A stretch of DNA of 24,000 bases from Pyruvatibacter sp. HU-CL02332 (GTDB taxonomy: Bacteria; Pseudomonadota; Alphaproteobacteria; CGMCC-115125): contig NZ_BAABWK010000001.1 of the NCBI RefSeq assembly GCF_040362765.1, positions 648,990 through 672,989 on the forward strand, read 5' to 3'. Position 1 is the stretch's first letter. Each line of letters starts with the position of its first letter. The notes under the pieces were generated by a model that did not search any database, was not told the origin of the DNA, and saw only the letters and a program-made list of their open reading frames with translations. Below, in pieces: positions 9,926-19,217 of this stretch. Position numbers and translations under genes: made by a program.

Positions 9926-10467
9926 GCCTTTGCCTCCAGCGCCGCAGCAAGGCGCGCTGACCCGGCCGTGCCATGCGCATGGGTGATGGCAACGGCCAGC
10001 GCATCAACGGAATGCTCCGAATGCGGATCACATGTGGGCAGCAGCATGGTGACCATGGCCATCATCTGGCGCTTGTCCGCATGTCCGGCCCCGACGACCG
10101 ATTTCTTTATGTGGTTGGGTGCGTATTCCGCAACGTCCAATCCGGCCTGTGCCGCTGCCAGAATGGCAACCCCGCGGGCCTGCCCCAGCTTGAGGGTCGC
10201 CTGACCGTCCTTGTTCACAAACACACTTTCGATGGCAGCTTCATCAGGCTGATGCGCCGCGATTATCGAGGCCACGCCGTCATGCAACATGGCAAGACGA
10301 TCAGACAGGGCGTCCTTGGCTTTTGATTTCACAGTCCCGTTGGCCACATGCACCAGCCGCGAACCGGTCACATCCACAATGCCCCAGCCGGTTGCTGTAA
10401 GGCCCGGATCTAGCCCCAGCAATCGCCGCGTATGGGATGGGAGTGTCATGCCTGTGCGCCCTGCCAT
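9922..10467 (-). CDS. ruvC: Crossover junction endodeoxyribonuclease RuvC
   Basis: LLGLDPGLTATGWGIV contains the catalytic Asp, and the ADALAVAITHA-type C-terminus is present as VDALAVAITHAH. The start is either the ATG at 10467 or the ATG at 10449 (MTLPSH...); I cannot decide between them. Confidence 0.9.
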   Translation of the reverse strand: MAGRTGMTLPSHTRRLLGLDPGLTATGWGIVDVTGSRLVHVANGTVKSKAKDALSDRLAMLHDGVASIIAAHQPDEAAIESVFVNKDGQATLKLGQARGVAILAAAQAGLDVAEYAPNHIKKSVVGAGHADKRQMMAMVTMLLPTCDPHSEHSVDALAVAITHAHGTAGSARLAAALEAKA

Positions 10468-10490
10468 TTCAAGCGTCGGGCGACATCGCC

Positions 10491-11237
10491 TTAGCTCGTC
10501 AGGCTCTCAAGAACCGAATCGGATAGTTCGAAGTTCGCATAGGTTTGCTGGACATCATCATTGTCGTCCAGCGCATCCAGCAATTTGAGCAGCGTCGACG
10601 CTGCATCACCATCAACCTCGATGGAGTTCTGAGGCTTCCAGATAAGGGCGGATTTGCGCGGCTCACCGAGCTTTTCTTCCAGCGCTGTGGCCACCTCATT
10701 GAGGCTGTCGGCGGCGGTGATGATCTCGTGCCCGTCTTCGTCAGACGTCACATCATCAGCCCCTGCCTCAATTGCAGCTTCAAACATCGCATCCGCGTCG
10801 GTCACGTCTGCCGGGTATTCAATGCGCCCGACCTGATCAAACATGAAGGAGACCGACCCGGTTTCACCCAGATTGCCGCCATTTTTGGAAAAGGCAGAGC
10901 GGATTTCACTGGCCGAGCGATTGCGGTTGTCCGTCAACGCCTCAACGATCACGCCAATGCCGCCGGGGCCAAAGCCCTCATAGCGGACGTTTTCAAAGTT
11001 ATCTTCGTCGCCCGCCTGGCTCTTCTTGATGGCGCGGTCAATGTTGTCCTTGGGCATGTTTTCAGCCCGGGCTGCCTGAATGGCCCCCCGCAGACGCGGG
11101 TTCATGGCCGGATCCGGCATACCCAGCTTGGCAGCAACGGTGATTTCGCGGGCCAGCTTGGCAAAAATCTTGGACCGCTTGGCGTCCTGCGCGCCTTTGC
11201 GATGCATGATGTTCTTGAATTGTGAATGGCCAGCCAT
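10491..11237 (-). CDS. yebC: YebC/PmpR family DNA-binding transcriptional regulator
   Basis: The length is 248 aa. It begins with the hallmark N-terminus [37 protein letters not shown] and sits in the usual position upstream of ruvCAB. Confidence 0.93.
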   Translation of the reverse strand: MAGHSQFKNIMHRKGAQDAKRSKIFAKLAREITVAAKLGMPDPAMNPRLRGAIQAARAENMPKDNIDRAIKKSQAGDEDNFENVRYEGFGPGGIGVIVEALTDNRNRSASEIRSAFSKNGGNLGETGSVSFMFDQVGRIEYPADVTDADAMFEAAIEAGADDVTSDEDGHEIITAADSLNEVATALEEKLGEPRKSALIWKPQNSIEVDGDAASTLLKLLDALDDNDDVQQTYANFELSDSVLESLTS

Positions 11238-11348
11238 GGGCTCACGCGCTCCGGTTTGTCGTCTGAATTCGATGATTTGCAGGCTTTATAGAGAATGCAG
11301 GGCGGGTAAGGCTACCCATCAGCATGTCCCTGGCCCTTTGGCTCGCCC

Positions 11349-12161
11349 CTAGCTAGCCATCGACTGTTTCAACCGCCCACCCACGCGGATTGGCTCAACC
11401 CGCTGCGCCAGACCAGTCGCATCATCGGTTTCGACAAACACACCGCAGACCGTTGCCTCGCCATCAGCAGGCGTGAAGCGCCCGCCGGAAATCTTGCGGG
11501 TGAACCGATTGACCGGCTCTTCCTTGTCCATACCGATGACACTGTCATAGTCACCGCACATGCCGGCGTCCGTCTGATAGGCCGTCCCGCCGGGCAGCAC
11601 CTGCGCGTCGGCGGTTGGAATATGACTGTGCGTCCCAACCACCAAAGACGCCTTGCCATCGCAAAAATGCCCCATGGCCATTTTTTCGGACGTGGCTTCC
11701 GCATGCATGTCCACGATGACGGCATCCGCCACATCACCCATCGGCGCTGCGCTGATTTCTTTCTCAACGGCCGCAAAAGGATCATCCAGCGGATCCATGA
11801 AAACGCGGCCAAGCACATTTACCAGCAGCACACGGCGGCCACCGCGCGCTTCAAACAACCCGGCACCACGCCCCGGCGTGCCGGCTGGAAAGTTGGCAGG
11901 TCGCAGCAGACGCTCTTCGCGCTCGATGAACACCAGCGCCTCTCGCTGATCCCATGAATGGTTGCCGCCGGAGATGACATCCGCACCCGCATCAAGCAGC
12001 TCGGTGGTGATCTTTTCGGTGATCCCAAATCCGCCCGCAGCGTTTTCGCCATTCACCACCACAAAATCGAGATCAAGATCAGACCGCAATCCCGGCAGCG
12101 CTGCCACGACAGCATCCCGCCCGGACCGGCCAACCACATCACCCAAAAACAAAAGCCGCAT
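11349..12161 (-). CDS. YmdB-like metallophosphoesterase (TIGR00282-type 2',3'-cyclic-nucleotide phosphodiesterase family)
   Basis: The N-terminus is MRLLFLGDVVGRSGRDAV. Metal-binding motifs are VVVNGENAAGGFGIT, GNHSWD and DMHAEATSEK..GTHSH. The length is 270 aa, and AGGAA lies 8 nt upstream of the ATG. Confidence 0.8.
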   Translation of the reverse strand: MRLLFLGDVVGRSGRDAVVAALPGLRSDLDLDFVVVNGENAAGGFGITEKITTELLDAGADVISGGNHSWDQREALVFIEREERLLRPANFPAGTPGRGAGLFEARGGRRVLLVNVLGRVFMDPLDDPFAAVEKEISAAPMGDVADAVIVDMHAEATSEKMAMGHFCDGKASLVVGTHSHIPTADAQVLPGGTAYQTDAGMCGDYDSVIGMDKEEPVNRFTRKISGGRFTPADGEATVCGVFVETDDATGLAQRVEPIRVGGRLKQSMAS

Positions 12162-12185
12162 AAGGCTATTCCTGCTACGGACCGG

Positions 12186-12773
12186 CTATGGTGCGCGCAA
12201 AACGCGCCGCTCGGTCACAATAAAATCCATCACCGCATCATGCGGCTCGCGATCAAGATGACCGCCCAAAGTCGCTTCGTAACTTACGCCAACTGCCCGT
12301 GGCTGCCAGCCACGTCGCAGGTCCGCAAGCGTCCGGTCATAAAACCCGCCGCCATATCCAAGCCGCGCGCCGCTGCGGTCAAACCACAAACCGGGAACCA
12401 ACAAAAGTGTTGGCGTCACACAAGCAGCACTGAGCCCCGGCGTGGGAATACCATACGCGCCCTCAACCAGCGGGTCGCCAGGTATCCACATCCTGAACGA
12501 CAGCGGCTGCTCTGCACCCTCAACAACCGGCAGGGCGAGCCGATGGCCCTGGGCTGCCAGTGCCAGCATCGCCGGCAGCGGATCTGCTTCGCCACGCACC
12601 GGCCAATATCCCGCGATTGTCTCTTGAGGACGCAGCGGCAGTTCCCCCACAACGCGCCGCGCCAGATCATGGCCAGCATCATGGCCCAGCCGCCGGGCAG
12701 CTGCATGCCGCACCAGCCCCGCTGCTTCGCGTAGCTGCGGCTTGGAAAGCCCGTCAAATGGTGTGGACGTCAT
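12186..12773 (-). CDS. ygfA: 5-formyltetrahydrofolate cyclo-ligase
   Basis: Family motifs are YWPVRGEADP, LALPVV, and LLLVPGLWFDRSGARLGYGGGFYDRTL. It sits downstream of zapA and the 6S RNA, as in E. coli. The start is uncertain: ATG at 12773 (MTSTPF...) or TTG at 12794 (the track start). Neither has a clear SD. Confidence 0.8.
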   Translation of the reverse strand: MTSTPFDGLSKPQLREAAGLVRHAAARRLGHDAGHDLARRVVGELPLRPQETIAGYWPVRGEADPLPAMLALAAQGHRLALPVVEGAEQPLSFRMWIPGDPLVEGAYGIPTPGLSAACVTPTLLLVPGLWFDRSGARLGYGGGFYDRTLADLRRGWQPRAVGVSYEATLGGHLDREPHDAVMDFIVTERRVLRAP

Positions 12774-12799
12774 GTGGAGGTCACGGGGGTGCAATCGGT

Positions 12800-12985
12800 C
12801 AGTAGATACAAGAGTGGAGCCGCCTTGGCCGCTGGAGCAGAAATCCCCGGGAACCTACAGATGTAGGTGGGCACCGTGATGCGAGGGCCCTCGAGCCCAA
12901 GCAGGGACAGCTCCCTTGGAGACCGTAAGGCCCCGAGCAGTGTGGCTCCTGGCGCACCAGGCAGCCCCGTACTTGTATGTCTAAC
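12800..12985 (-). ncRNA. ssrS: 6S RNA (boundaries approximate to about 10 nt)
   Basis: This is a 190-nt non-coding gap between zapA and the 5-formyl-THF cyclo-ligase gene, the conserved proteobacterial location of ssrS. On the minus strand the ends form a long closing helix. The 5' AUACAAG...GGGGCUGCC pairs with the 3' GGCGGCUCC...CUUGUAU (7 bp plus 9 bp including two G-U pairs). Further GGAGC/GCUCC pairing and a large irregular interior fit the 6S rod with a central bubble. Confidence 0.75.
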
Positions 12986-12987
12986 AG

Positions 12988-13347
12988 CTAGGACGCCTCA
13001 AGCCGTCCGGCAATGTCTTCAAGGCGCTTTGCCGCTGCTTCCAGCACCTCTGCCACCTGATTCTCGGCATCCTGCGTCTTGGATGCAGCCCCCGTCCGGG
13101 CATCTTTGAGAGCAGCCACCTCATCCTGAAGAGACTTCACTTCCCCCAATGCTTCAGAGAGTTCGTCTGCCACAAGCAGTCCTGCCATCAGCATCAAACG
13201 CTGATCACCCACTTGGCCCACACCCTGAGACAGACTGGTGACGTGCTTGTCCAGATAGGCAGCAAGCCCCTCCAGATGCTCTTCTTCGCCCTCGTCACAG
13301 GAGAGCGTATAGCTGCGGCCATTAATCTTGACGGTTACCTGAGGCAT
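12988..13347 (-). CDS. zapA: Cell division protein ZapA
   Basis: The length is 119 aa. It reads MPQVTVKINGRSYTLSCDEGEEEHLEGLAAYLDKHV...GDQRLMLMAGLLVADEL, followed by a coiled-coil tail. GGGAG lies 6 nt upstream of the ATG. Confidence 0.88.
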   Translation of the reverse strand: MPQVTVKINGRSYTLSCDEGEEEHLEGLAAYLDKHVTSLSQGVGQVGDQRLMLMAGLLVADELSEALGEVKSLQDEVAALKDARTGAASKTQDAENQVAEVLEAAAKRLEDIAGRLEAS

Positions 13348-13362
13348 GTCGCGCTCCCTGCC

Positions 13363-13626
13363 CTACGGCTCAAGCACGGCACGGATGCCGGCAATGGCTT
13401 CATCAAGACGACCGGAGACCTCACCGGTGGTTTCATCCAGCTGGCGCGCTTTGGCTTTCATCTGGTCAAGCTCGTCTGCAAGCCGGGATCGGTCCTCACG
13501 CAGAGCCACAAGCTCACGTTCCGCATCCGACGCCGACTGCGCCTTGATGCCGCGCCGATTGATTCCCGCTTCCAGCTGGTCCAGCGCGGATGAAAACCGC
13601 TCCATGGCTGCATCAAGCTTGCTCAT
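13363..13626 (-). CDS. Small coiled-coil protein upstream of zapA (DUF4164-like; possible ZapA partner of the ZauP type)
   Basis: The track ORF is 13363..13680. I prefer the ATG at 13626 (MSKLDAAMERFSSALDQLEAG...), giving 87 aa that are almost entirely heptad-like (ERELVALREDRSRLADELDQMKAKARQLDETTGEV). The stop is 15 nt before the zapA start. The identification rests on synteny and composition only. Confidence 0.5.
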   Translation of the reverse strand: MSKLDAAMERFSSALDQLEAGINRRGIKAQSASDAERELVALREDRSRLADELDQMKAKARQLDETTGEVSGRLDEAIAGIRAVLEP

Positions 13627-13998
13627 TCTGAAAGAAGGTTCCCGTCTTGGATTTCTGCGGTTTTTGAAGGGCCAGAACACCCAACAGGGGCGCGGCCAAT
13701 ATGCAACAGGTCAGTGACATAACGTATTCATCACCGCTTGCCCCGGTCAACGGCGCAAAAAACGGTAAAGAACACACGCATTCAGGTGCCACGGGCATGT
13801 TGACGTTGCAAGGGCACCTCGTCATTCTCCCGGCCCAATTCGGACCCCAAAACGGGGCATGGCTTTTTTGGCATCACGCCGATCCGAATCGGATCACAAT
13901 GGCTCCCTCAGCGGCGTAAGACCGCGATGGGGAATTTTTGAGGCAACCGCGATCACGCTTTCAACAGGAGCGTCCGCGGACCAAGGGCAACCAGCACA

Positions 13999-16035
13999 AT
14001 GACACCAGCAAACAGCGCGGCCGTATCGACAGATGCGGACACTCAGGCATCCAACGCCAACTCTCCCGAACACAACATGATGGCAAATGCCATTCGGGCT
14101 CTGGCCATGGATGCTGTGGAACAGGCCAAGTCCGGCCACCCGGGCATGCCCATGGGCATGGCGGACGTCGCCACCGTGCTGTTCACGAAGTTCATGAAGT
14201 TCTGCGCCCAGGACCCAAGCTGGCCGGATCGCGACCGCTTCGTGCTCTCCGCAGGTCACGGTTCGATGCTCCAGTATTCACTGCTGCACCTCCTCGGCTT
14301 CGAGGACATGACCATCGACCAGATCAAGAATTTCCGTCAGATGGGCTCCCTCACACCGGGTCACCCGGAAGTGGACCACACCCCTGGCGTCGAAATGACA
14401 ACAGGCCCGCTGGGTCAGGGCATTTCCACATCTGTCGGCATGGCCCTTGCCGAACGGATGCTGAATGCGCGCTTCGGCGATGACCTGGTAGACCACTTCA
14501 CCTACGTGATTGCTTCTGACGGCGACCTCATGGAAGGCATCAGCCACGAAGCCATTTCCATGGCCGGTCACCTCAAGCTGTCCCGCCTCATTGTTTTGTT
14601 CGACGACAACGGCATCACCATCGATGGCTCTTTGGACCTGTCTGAATCCGGTGACCAGATCGCCCGCTTTGACGCCGCCGGCTGGGACACCATCCGCATT
14701 GATGGCCATGATGCTGCCGCCATCGAAGCCGCCATTGAGCATGCCCGCACATCCGACAAGCCATCCCTGATTGCCTGCCGCACCAAGATCGGTTTCGGCG
14801 CGCCAACAAAGGAAGGCACCGCGGGATCCCATGGTGCACCGCTGGGCGCAGACGAAATTGAAGGCACCCGCGCAGCCCTTGGCTGGTCGAGTGCACCATT
14901 TGAGATCCCTGCCAATGTGCGTGACAGCTGGCGCGTAGCCGGACTGCGCGCCGCCAAGGACCGCGCCGCATGGCAGGCCCGCATGGACGAAGCACCAGAC
15001 GACGTTCAGGCAGAGTTTGAGCGCACTCAGGCAGGCTCCCTGCCCAACGCCCTCCACTCTGAAGTCAACAAGATGAAGCGCGGCTTCACGGACGAGAAAA
15101 AAGCCGTTGCCACCCGCAAGGCGTCTGAAGCCGTCCTCAATGGTCTGGCTGAAGTTGTTCCAGAACTCGTCGGCGGCTCAGCTGACCTCACCGGTTCAAA
15201 CAACACCCGCGCCAAGAGCCAGACCTCTGTAACTGCGGACGATTATTCCGGCAACTACATCCACTACGGCATCCGCGAGCACGGCATGGCCGCTGCCATG
15301 AACGGCATGGCGCTGCACAAGGGTCTCATTCCCTATGGCGGCACGTTCCTGGTGTTTGCTGACTATTGCCGCCCGTCGATTCGCCTGGCCGCTTTGATGA
15401 AGCGCCGCGCCATCTACGTGTTCAGCCATGATTCCATCGGGCTGGGCGAAGATGGCCCGACCCACCAGCCGGTCGAACATCTCGCAGCCCTGCGTGCCAT
15501 TCCCAATCTCAATGTCTTCCGTCCAGCGGATGCCGTTGAAACAGCGGAAGCCTGGGAAGTCGCGCTCAAATCCATTGATCGCCCCAGCGCCATTGCTCTG
15601 ACCCGTCAGAATCTCGAGACCCTGCGCACCAAGCACACGGACGAGAACCTCTCCGCACGTGGCGGTTATGAGATTTCCCCATCCGATGGCGACGCCAAGG
15701 CAACGCTTATTGCCACGGGATCAGAAGTCGAAATCGCCATGGCCGCTCAAAAGCAGCTTCAGGCAGAAGGCGTGCCGACGCGCGTTGTCTCCATGCCTTG
15801 TCAGGACCTTTTCAATGAGCAGCCTGCTGCCTATCGCGAGGACATCCTTCGCCCCGGCACAGTGCGCATCGCCGTTGAAGCAGGCATCGAAATGGGCTGG
15901 CAGGCCTATATCGGCGATAAGGGCGGCTTTGTCGGCATGGACGGCTTCGGCGCCAGCGCACCGTACAAGGAGCTGTACGAGCACTTTGGCATCACCGCCG
16001 ATGCCGTAGCTCAGGCCGTCCGCGAGCGTCTCTAG
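13999..16035 (+). CDS. tkt: Transketolase
   Basis: The length is 678 aa. The ThDP-binding N-terminus is [30 protein letters not shown], with further motifs [11 protein letters not shown] and [28 protein letters not shown]. The start at 13999 has a weak SD. An in-frame ATG at 14077 would cut into the conserved N-terminal residues ([10 protein letters not shown]). Confidence 0.95.
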   Translation: MTPANSAAVSTDADTQASNANSPEHNMMANAIRALAMDAVEQAKSGHPGMPMGMADVATVLFTKFMKFCAQDPSWPDRDRFVLSAGHGSMLQYSLLHLLGFEDMTIDQIKNFRQMGSLTPGHPEVDHTPGVEMTTGPLGQGISTSVGMALAERMLNARFGDDLVDHFTYVIASDGDLMEGISHEAISMAGHLKLSRLIVLFDDNGITIDGSLDLSESGDQIARFDAAGWDTIRIDGHDAAAIEAAIEHARTSDKPSLIACRTKIGFGAPTKEGTAGSHGAPLGADEIEGTRAALGWSSAPFEIPANVRDSWRVAGLRAAKDRAAWQARMDEAPDDVQAEFERTQAGSLPNALHSEVNKMKRGFTDEKKAVATRKASEAVLNGLAEVVPELVGGSADLTGSNNTRAKSQTSVTADDYSGNYIHYGIREHGMAAAMNGMALHKGLIPYGGTFLVFADYCRPSIRLAALMKRRAIYVFSHDSIGLGEDGPTHQPVEHLAALRAIPNLNVFRPADAVETAEAWEVALKSIDRPSAIALTRQNLETLRTKHTDENLSARGGYEISPSDGDAKATLIATGSEVEIAMAAQKQLQAEGVPTRVVSMPCQDLFNEQPAAYREDILRPGTVRIAVEAGIEMGWQAYIGDKGGFVGMDGFGASAPYKELYEHFGITADAVAQAVRERL

Positions 16036-16229
16036 TCCCTTCCGGACACAGCTCACGGCACCCTGACAGGTCAAAAACATGTCTTTGCGCAATTGGCATG
16101 GCCGATTCCGCGCAAGCGTACCTTCCATCCTCTGGGATGTTTCGCTATACCCACGCCAAACGCGCGCGGGACTAGGCAATTCCGCTTGCCCCGCGCGAAC
16201 ACTGTTCTTCTACGAAAGGTGAATTCATC

Positions 16230-17240
16230 ATGCCCGTGAAGGTCGCGATTAATGGTTTTGGACGCATCGGCCGTCTGGTGCTCCGTGGCATCATCGAGTC
16301 TGGCCGCAAGGACATTCAGGTCGTCGCCATCAACGATCTGGGGTCTGCTGAAGCCAATGCTCACCTGCTGCAGTACGATACCGTGCACGGCCGCTTCCCG
16401 GCCAAGGTGTCCAACACCAAGGATTCCATCACGGTCGACGGCAACAAGATCAAGGTAACCGCAGAGCGCAACCCGGCAGACCTGCCATGGGGCGATCTGG
16501 GCGTGGATATCGCTCTTGAATGCACAGGCATCTTTGCCTCGAAGGAAAAAGCCTCCGCTCACCTCAAGGCTGGCGCCAAGCGCGTGCTGGTCTCAGCTCC
16601 AGCCTCCGGCGCGGATCTGACGGTGGTATACGGCGTCAACGACGGCGCGCTGAAAAAGTCGCATACCGTTGTGTCCAACGCATCATGCACCACCAACTGC
16701 CTGGCGCCTGTTGCCAAGGTGCTGAACGATACATTCGGCATTGAGCGCGGCTACATGACAACGGTTCACGCCTACACAGGCGACCAGCCAACGCTCGACA
16801 CCCTGCACAGCGATATGCACCGTGCCCGCGCTGCAGCATCCAACATCATCCCGACATCCACAGGCGCTGCAAAAGCTGTTGGCCTCGTGCTGCCTCAGCT
16901 GGCTGGCAAGCTCGACGGCACAGCCGTTCGTGTGCCGACCCCCAATGTGTCGATGATTGACCTCGTCTTCACCGCCAAGAAGGCGCTGTCTGTCGATGCC
17001 ATCAACGACGCCATGAAGGCTGCCGCGCGCACCAAGCCGCTCAAGGGCATTCTGGCCGTCAACAACAAGCCGCTGGTGTCCATGGACTTCAACCATGATC
17101 CTGCCTCTTCGACTTTTGACCTGACGCAGACACAGGTCATCGAAGGCAAGATGGGCCGCGTCCTGTCCTGGTATGACAACGAGTGGGGCTTTGCGAACCG
17201 CATGGCTGACACGGCTGTTGCCATGTCCAAGCTGCGCTAA
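16230..17240 (+). CDS. gap: Type I glyceraldehyde-3-phosphate dehydrogenase
   Basis: The length is 336 aa. It has the NAD-binding motif [19 protein letters not shown], the active site [12 protein letters not shown], and WYDNEWGF near the C-terminus. GAAAGG lies upstream of the ATG. Confidence 0.96.
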   Translation: MPVKVAINGFGRIGRLVLRGIIESGRKDIQVVAINDLGSAEANAHLLQYDTVHGRFPAKVSNTKDSITVDGNKIKVTAERNPADLPWGDLGVDIALECTGIFASKEKASAHLKAGAKRVLVSAPASGADLTVVYGVNDGALKKSHTVVSNASCTTNCLAPVAKVLNDTFGIERGYMTTVHAYTGDQPTLDTLHSDMHRARAAASNIIPTSTGAAKAVGLVLPQLAGKLDGTAVRVPTPNVSMIDLVFTAKKALSVDAINDAMKAAARTKPLKGILAVNNKPLVSMDFNHDPASSTFDLTQTQVIEGKMGRVLSWYDNEWGFANRMADTAVAMSKLR

Positions 17241-17286
17241 GTCACCAACTTACAAACACGACCACACAGGATTTCAGGATAACGCC

Positions 17287-18501
17287 ATGAGTGAAAAATC
17301 GTTCGCAACCTTGGACGATCTATTCGCTCATGGTGATATCACGGGCAAGCGCGTGCTTATGCGCGCTGACCTCAACGTGCCTGTGCGCGACGGTGCCGTC
17401 AGCGATGCAACGCGCATCGAACGCGTCGTGCCGACGATCCGAGAGCTGACCGGTAAGGGTGCCATCGTCATCCTGCTGTCTCACTTCGGCCGCCCCAAGG
17501 GAGAACGAAATCTTGAGTTCTCTCTCAAGGCAGTTGCGCCAGCCGTCGCTGACCAATCCGGACTTGAAGTGACCTTTGCAGATGATTGCGTCGGGGACGC
17601 TGCTTCCTCTGTGATCGCATCTGCAAAACCCGGCAGCGTCGTCCTGTTGGAAAACACCCGTTTCCACAAAGGCGAAACCAACAATGACGGCGCCTTTGCA
17701 GATCAGCTGGCCGCAGTGGGCGACGCCTATGTCAACGATGCCTTCTCTGCCGCCCACCGCGCCCACGCATCGACGCAAGCCATCGCCAAACGCCTGCCTG
17801 CCTATGCGGGCCGCGCCATGGAAGCTGAACTGACAGCCCTCGAAGGCGCACTGGCCAAGCCTGAAAAACCTGTTGTTGCCATTGTCGGTGGCGCGAAAAT
17901 CTCCACCAAGCTGGACCTGCTGGGCAATCTCGTCAGCCGCGTGGATTATCTCGTCATCGGCGGCGGCATGGCCAATACGTTCCTTGCCGCGCAGGGCATC
18001 GACGTCAAGAAGTCACTCTGCGAGCATGACCTTGGCGACACGGCCCGCGAAATTCTTGCCAAGGCTGAAGCAGCCGGTTGTCAGGTGCTCCTGCCCCGCG
18101 ACGTTGTGGTGGCTCAGGAGTTCAAGGCCATGGCCCCATGCAAGACGGTTCCAGCAACCGAAGTTCCTGATGGCCACATGATTCTGGACGTGGGATCAGA
18201 CACGATTGCTGACCTGGCTGCCCGCTTTGAAGCTGCCAAGACGGTTGTTTGGAATGGCCCGCTGGGCGCTTTTGAAATTGCTCCGTTCGACAATGGCACC
18301 AACGCAGCCGCCCGCCATGTGGCCATGCTCACCAAAATGGGCGAACTTAATTCTGTTGCCGGCGGTGGTGACACGGTGGCTGCCCTCAACAATGCCGGCG
18401 CTGCCGATGATTTTTCCTATGTATCCACCGCAGGCGGTGCCTTCCTTGAATGGCTGGAAGGCAAGACCCTGCCCGGCGTGGATGCCCTCAGCCGCAGCTA
18501 G
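17287..18501 (+). CDS. pgk: Phosphoglycerate kinase
   Basis: The track ORF starts at 17173, inside gap. The real start is the ATG at 17287 ([12 protein letters not shown]...) with AGGA 8 nt upstream, giving 404 aa. Motifs are [34 protein letters not shown] and WNGPLGAFE. Confidence 0.95.
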   Translation: MSEKSFATLDDLFAHGDITGKRVLMRADLNVPVRDGAVSDATRIERVVPTIRELTGKGAIVILLSHFGRPKGERNLEFSLKAVAPAVADQSGLEVTFADDCVGDAASSVIASAKPGSVVLLENTRFHKGETNNDGAFADQLAAVGDAYVNDAFSAAHRAHASTQAIAKRLPAYAGRAMEAELTALEGALAKPEKPVVAIVGGAKISTKLDLLGNLVSRVDYLVIGGGMANTFLAAQGIDVKKSLCEHDLGDTAREILAKAEAAGCQVLLPRDVVVAQEFKAMAPCKTVPATEVPDGHMILDVGSDTIADLAARFEAAKTVVWNGPLGAFEIAPFDNGTNAAARHVAMLTKMGELNSVAGGGDTVAALNNAGAADDFSYVSTAGGAFLEWLEGKTLPGVDALSRS

Positions 18502-18527
18502 CGGCAACAAATACGTGGAGAAAGAGG

Positions 18528-19217
18528 CTGCCTAAATCATCACAGCCCACAAAGCCGGCTTGCCGCCTTTACCTGATCACGCCGCCGCGTCTCGACGACC
18601 TGGCGGCGTTTTCACGCGTCTTTGATGATGCTCTGAGCGCTGGTGACGTCGCCTGTGTACAGCTACGCCTCAAGGATGTCAGTGATGCGCAGATCATCAA
18701 GGCTGCCGAAGCACTGATCCCCATTGCGCACAAACATGATGTCGCAATGCTCATCAATGACCGCCCCGACCTGGCCCTGAAAGTCGGTGCCGATGGCGTG
18801 CATATCGGCCAGCAGGATACGCCCTATGATGAGGCACGCGCGTTGCTGGGCCCCGATGCGATAATCGGCGTCACCTGCCACGACAGCCGACACCTCGCCA
18901 TGGAGGCCGGCGAAAAGGGCGCGGACTATGTGGCGTTCGGCGCCTTCTATGACACGGCAACAAAAGATGCGATTTCGCGCGCAGAGCCCGAAATCCTGTC
19001 CTGGTGGCAGCGCCTCTTCGAAGTGCCCTGCGTCGCGATTGGCGGTATTACGCCAGACAATGCAGCGCCTCTTGTTGCCGCCGGAGCGGATTTCCTTGCA
19101 GTCTCATCCAGCGTATGGTCTTTCCCCAGTGACCAGGGGGGTCCGGGCCAAGCCGTCAAAGCGATCAATGATGTGATCGATACGACGCCTGTTTCGCTGT
19201 TGGAGACCAATGCGTAG
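18528..19217 (+). CDS. thiE: Thiamine-phosphate synthase (start codon unresolved; see findings)
   Basis: The protein reads RLYLITPP...[10 protein letters not shown]...[24 protein letters not shown]...[34 protein letters not shown]...[10 protein letters not shown]. The only ATG upstream is at 18450, 52 nt inside pgk. After the pgk stop there is no in-frame ATG, GTG or TTG before the conserved N-terminus. A CTG at 18528 lies 7 nt after GGAG. The listed start is therefore tentative, and the 3' end is secure. Confidence 0.75.
   Translation: MPKSSQPTKPACRLYLITPPRLDDLAAFSRVFDDALSAGDVACVQLRLKDVSDAQIIKAAEALIPIAHKHDVAMLINDRPDLALKVGADGVHIGQQDTPYDEARALLGPDAIIGVTCHDSRHLAMEAGEKGADYVAFGAFYDTATKDAISRAEPEILSWWQRLFEVPCVAIGGITPDNAAPLVAAGADFLAVSSSVWSFPSDQGGPGQAVKAINDVIDTTPVSLLETNA

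Noticed and set aside
13921-13953. An 8-bp direct repeat, ACCGCGAT, at 13921 and 13946 upstream of tkt.
   Set aside because: One chance 8-mer repeat is roughly expected in a region of about 370 bp. There is no additional symmetry or supporting motif.
13681-13998. A complete strand-polarity switch, with all genes on minus to the left and all on plus to the right, which could mark a replication origin.
   Set aside because: The spacer is not AT-rich, and I found no TTATCCACA-like DnaA boxes. The flanking genes (zapA operon, tkt) are not the usual alphaproteobacterial origin neighbours. A simple divergent promoter region explains it.
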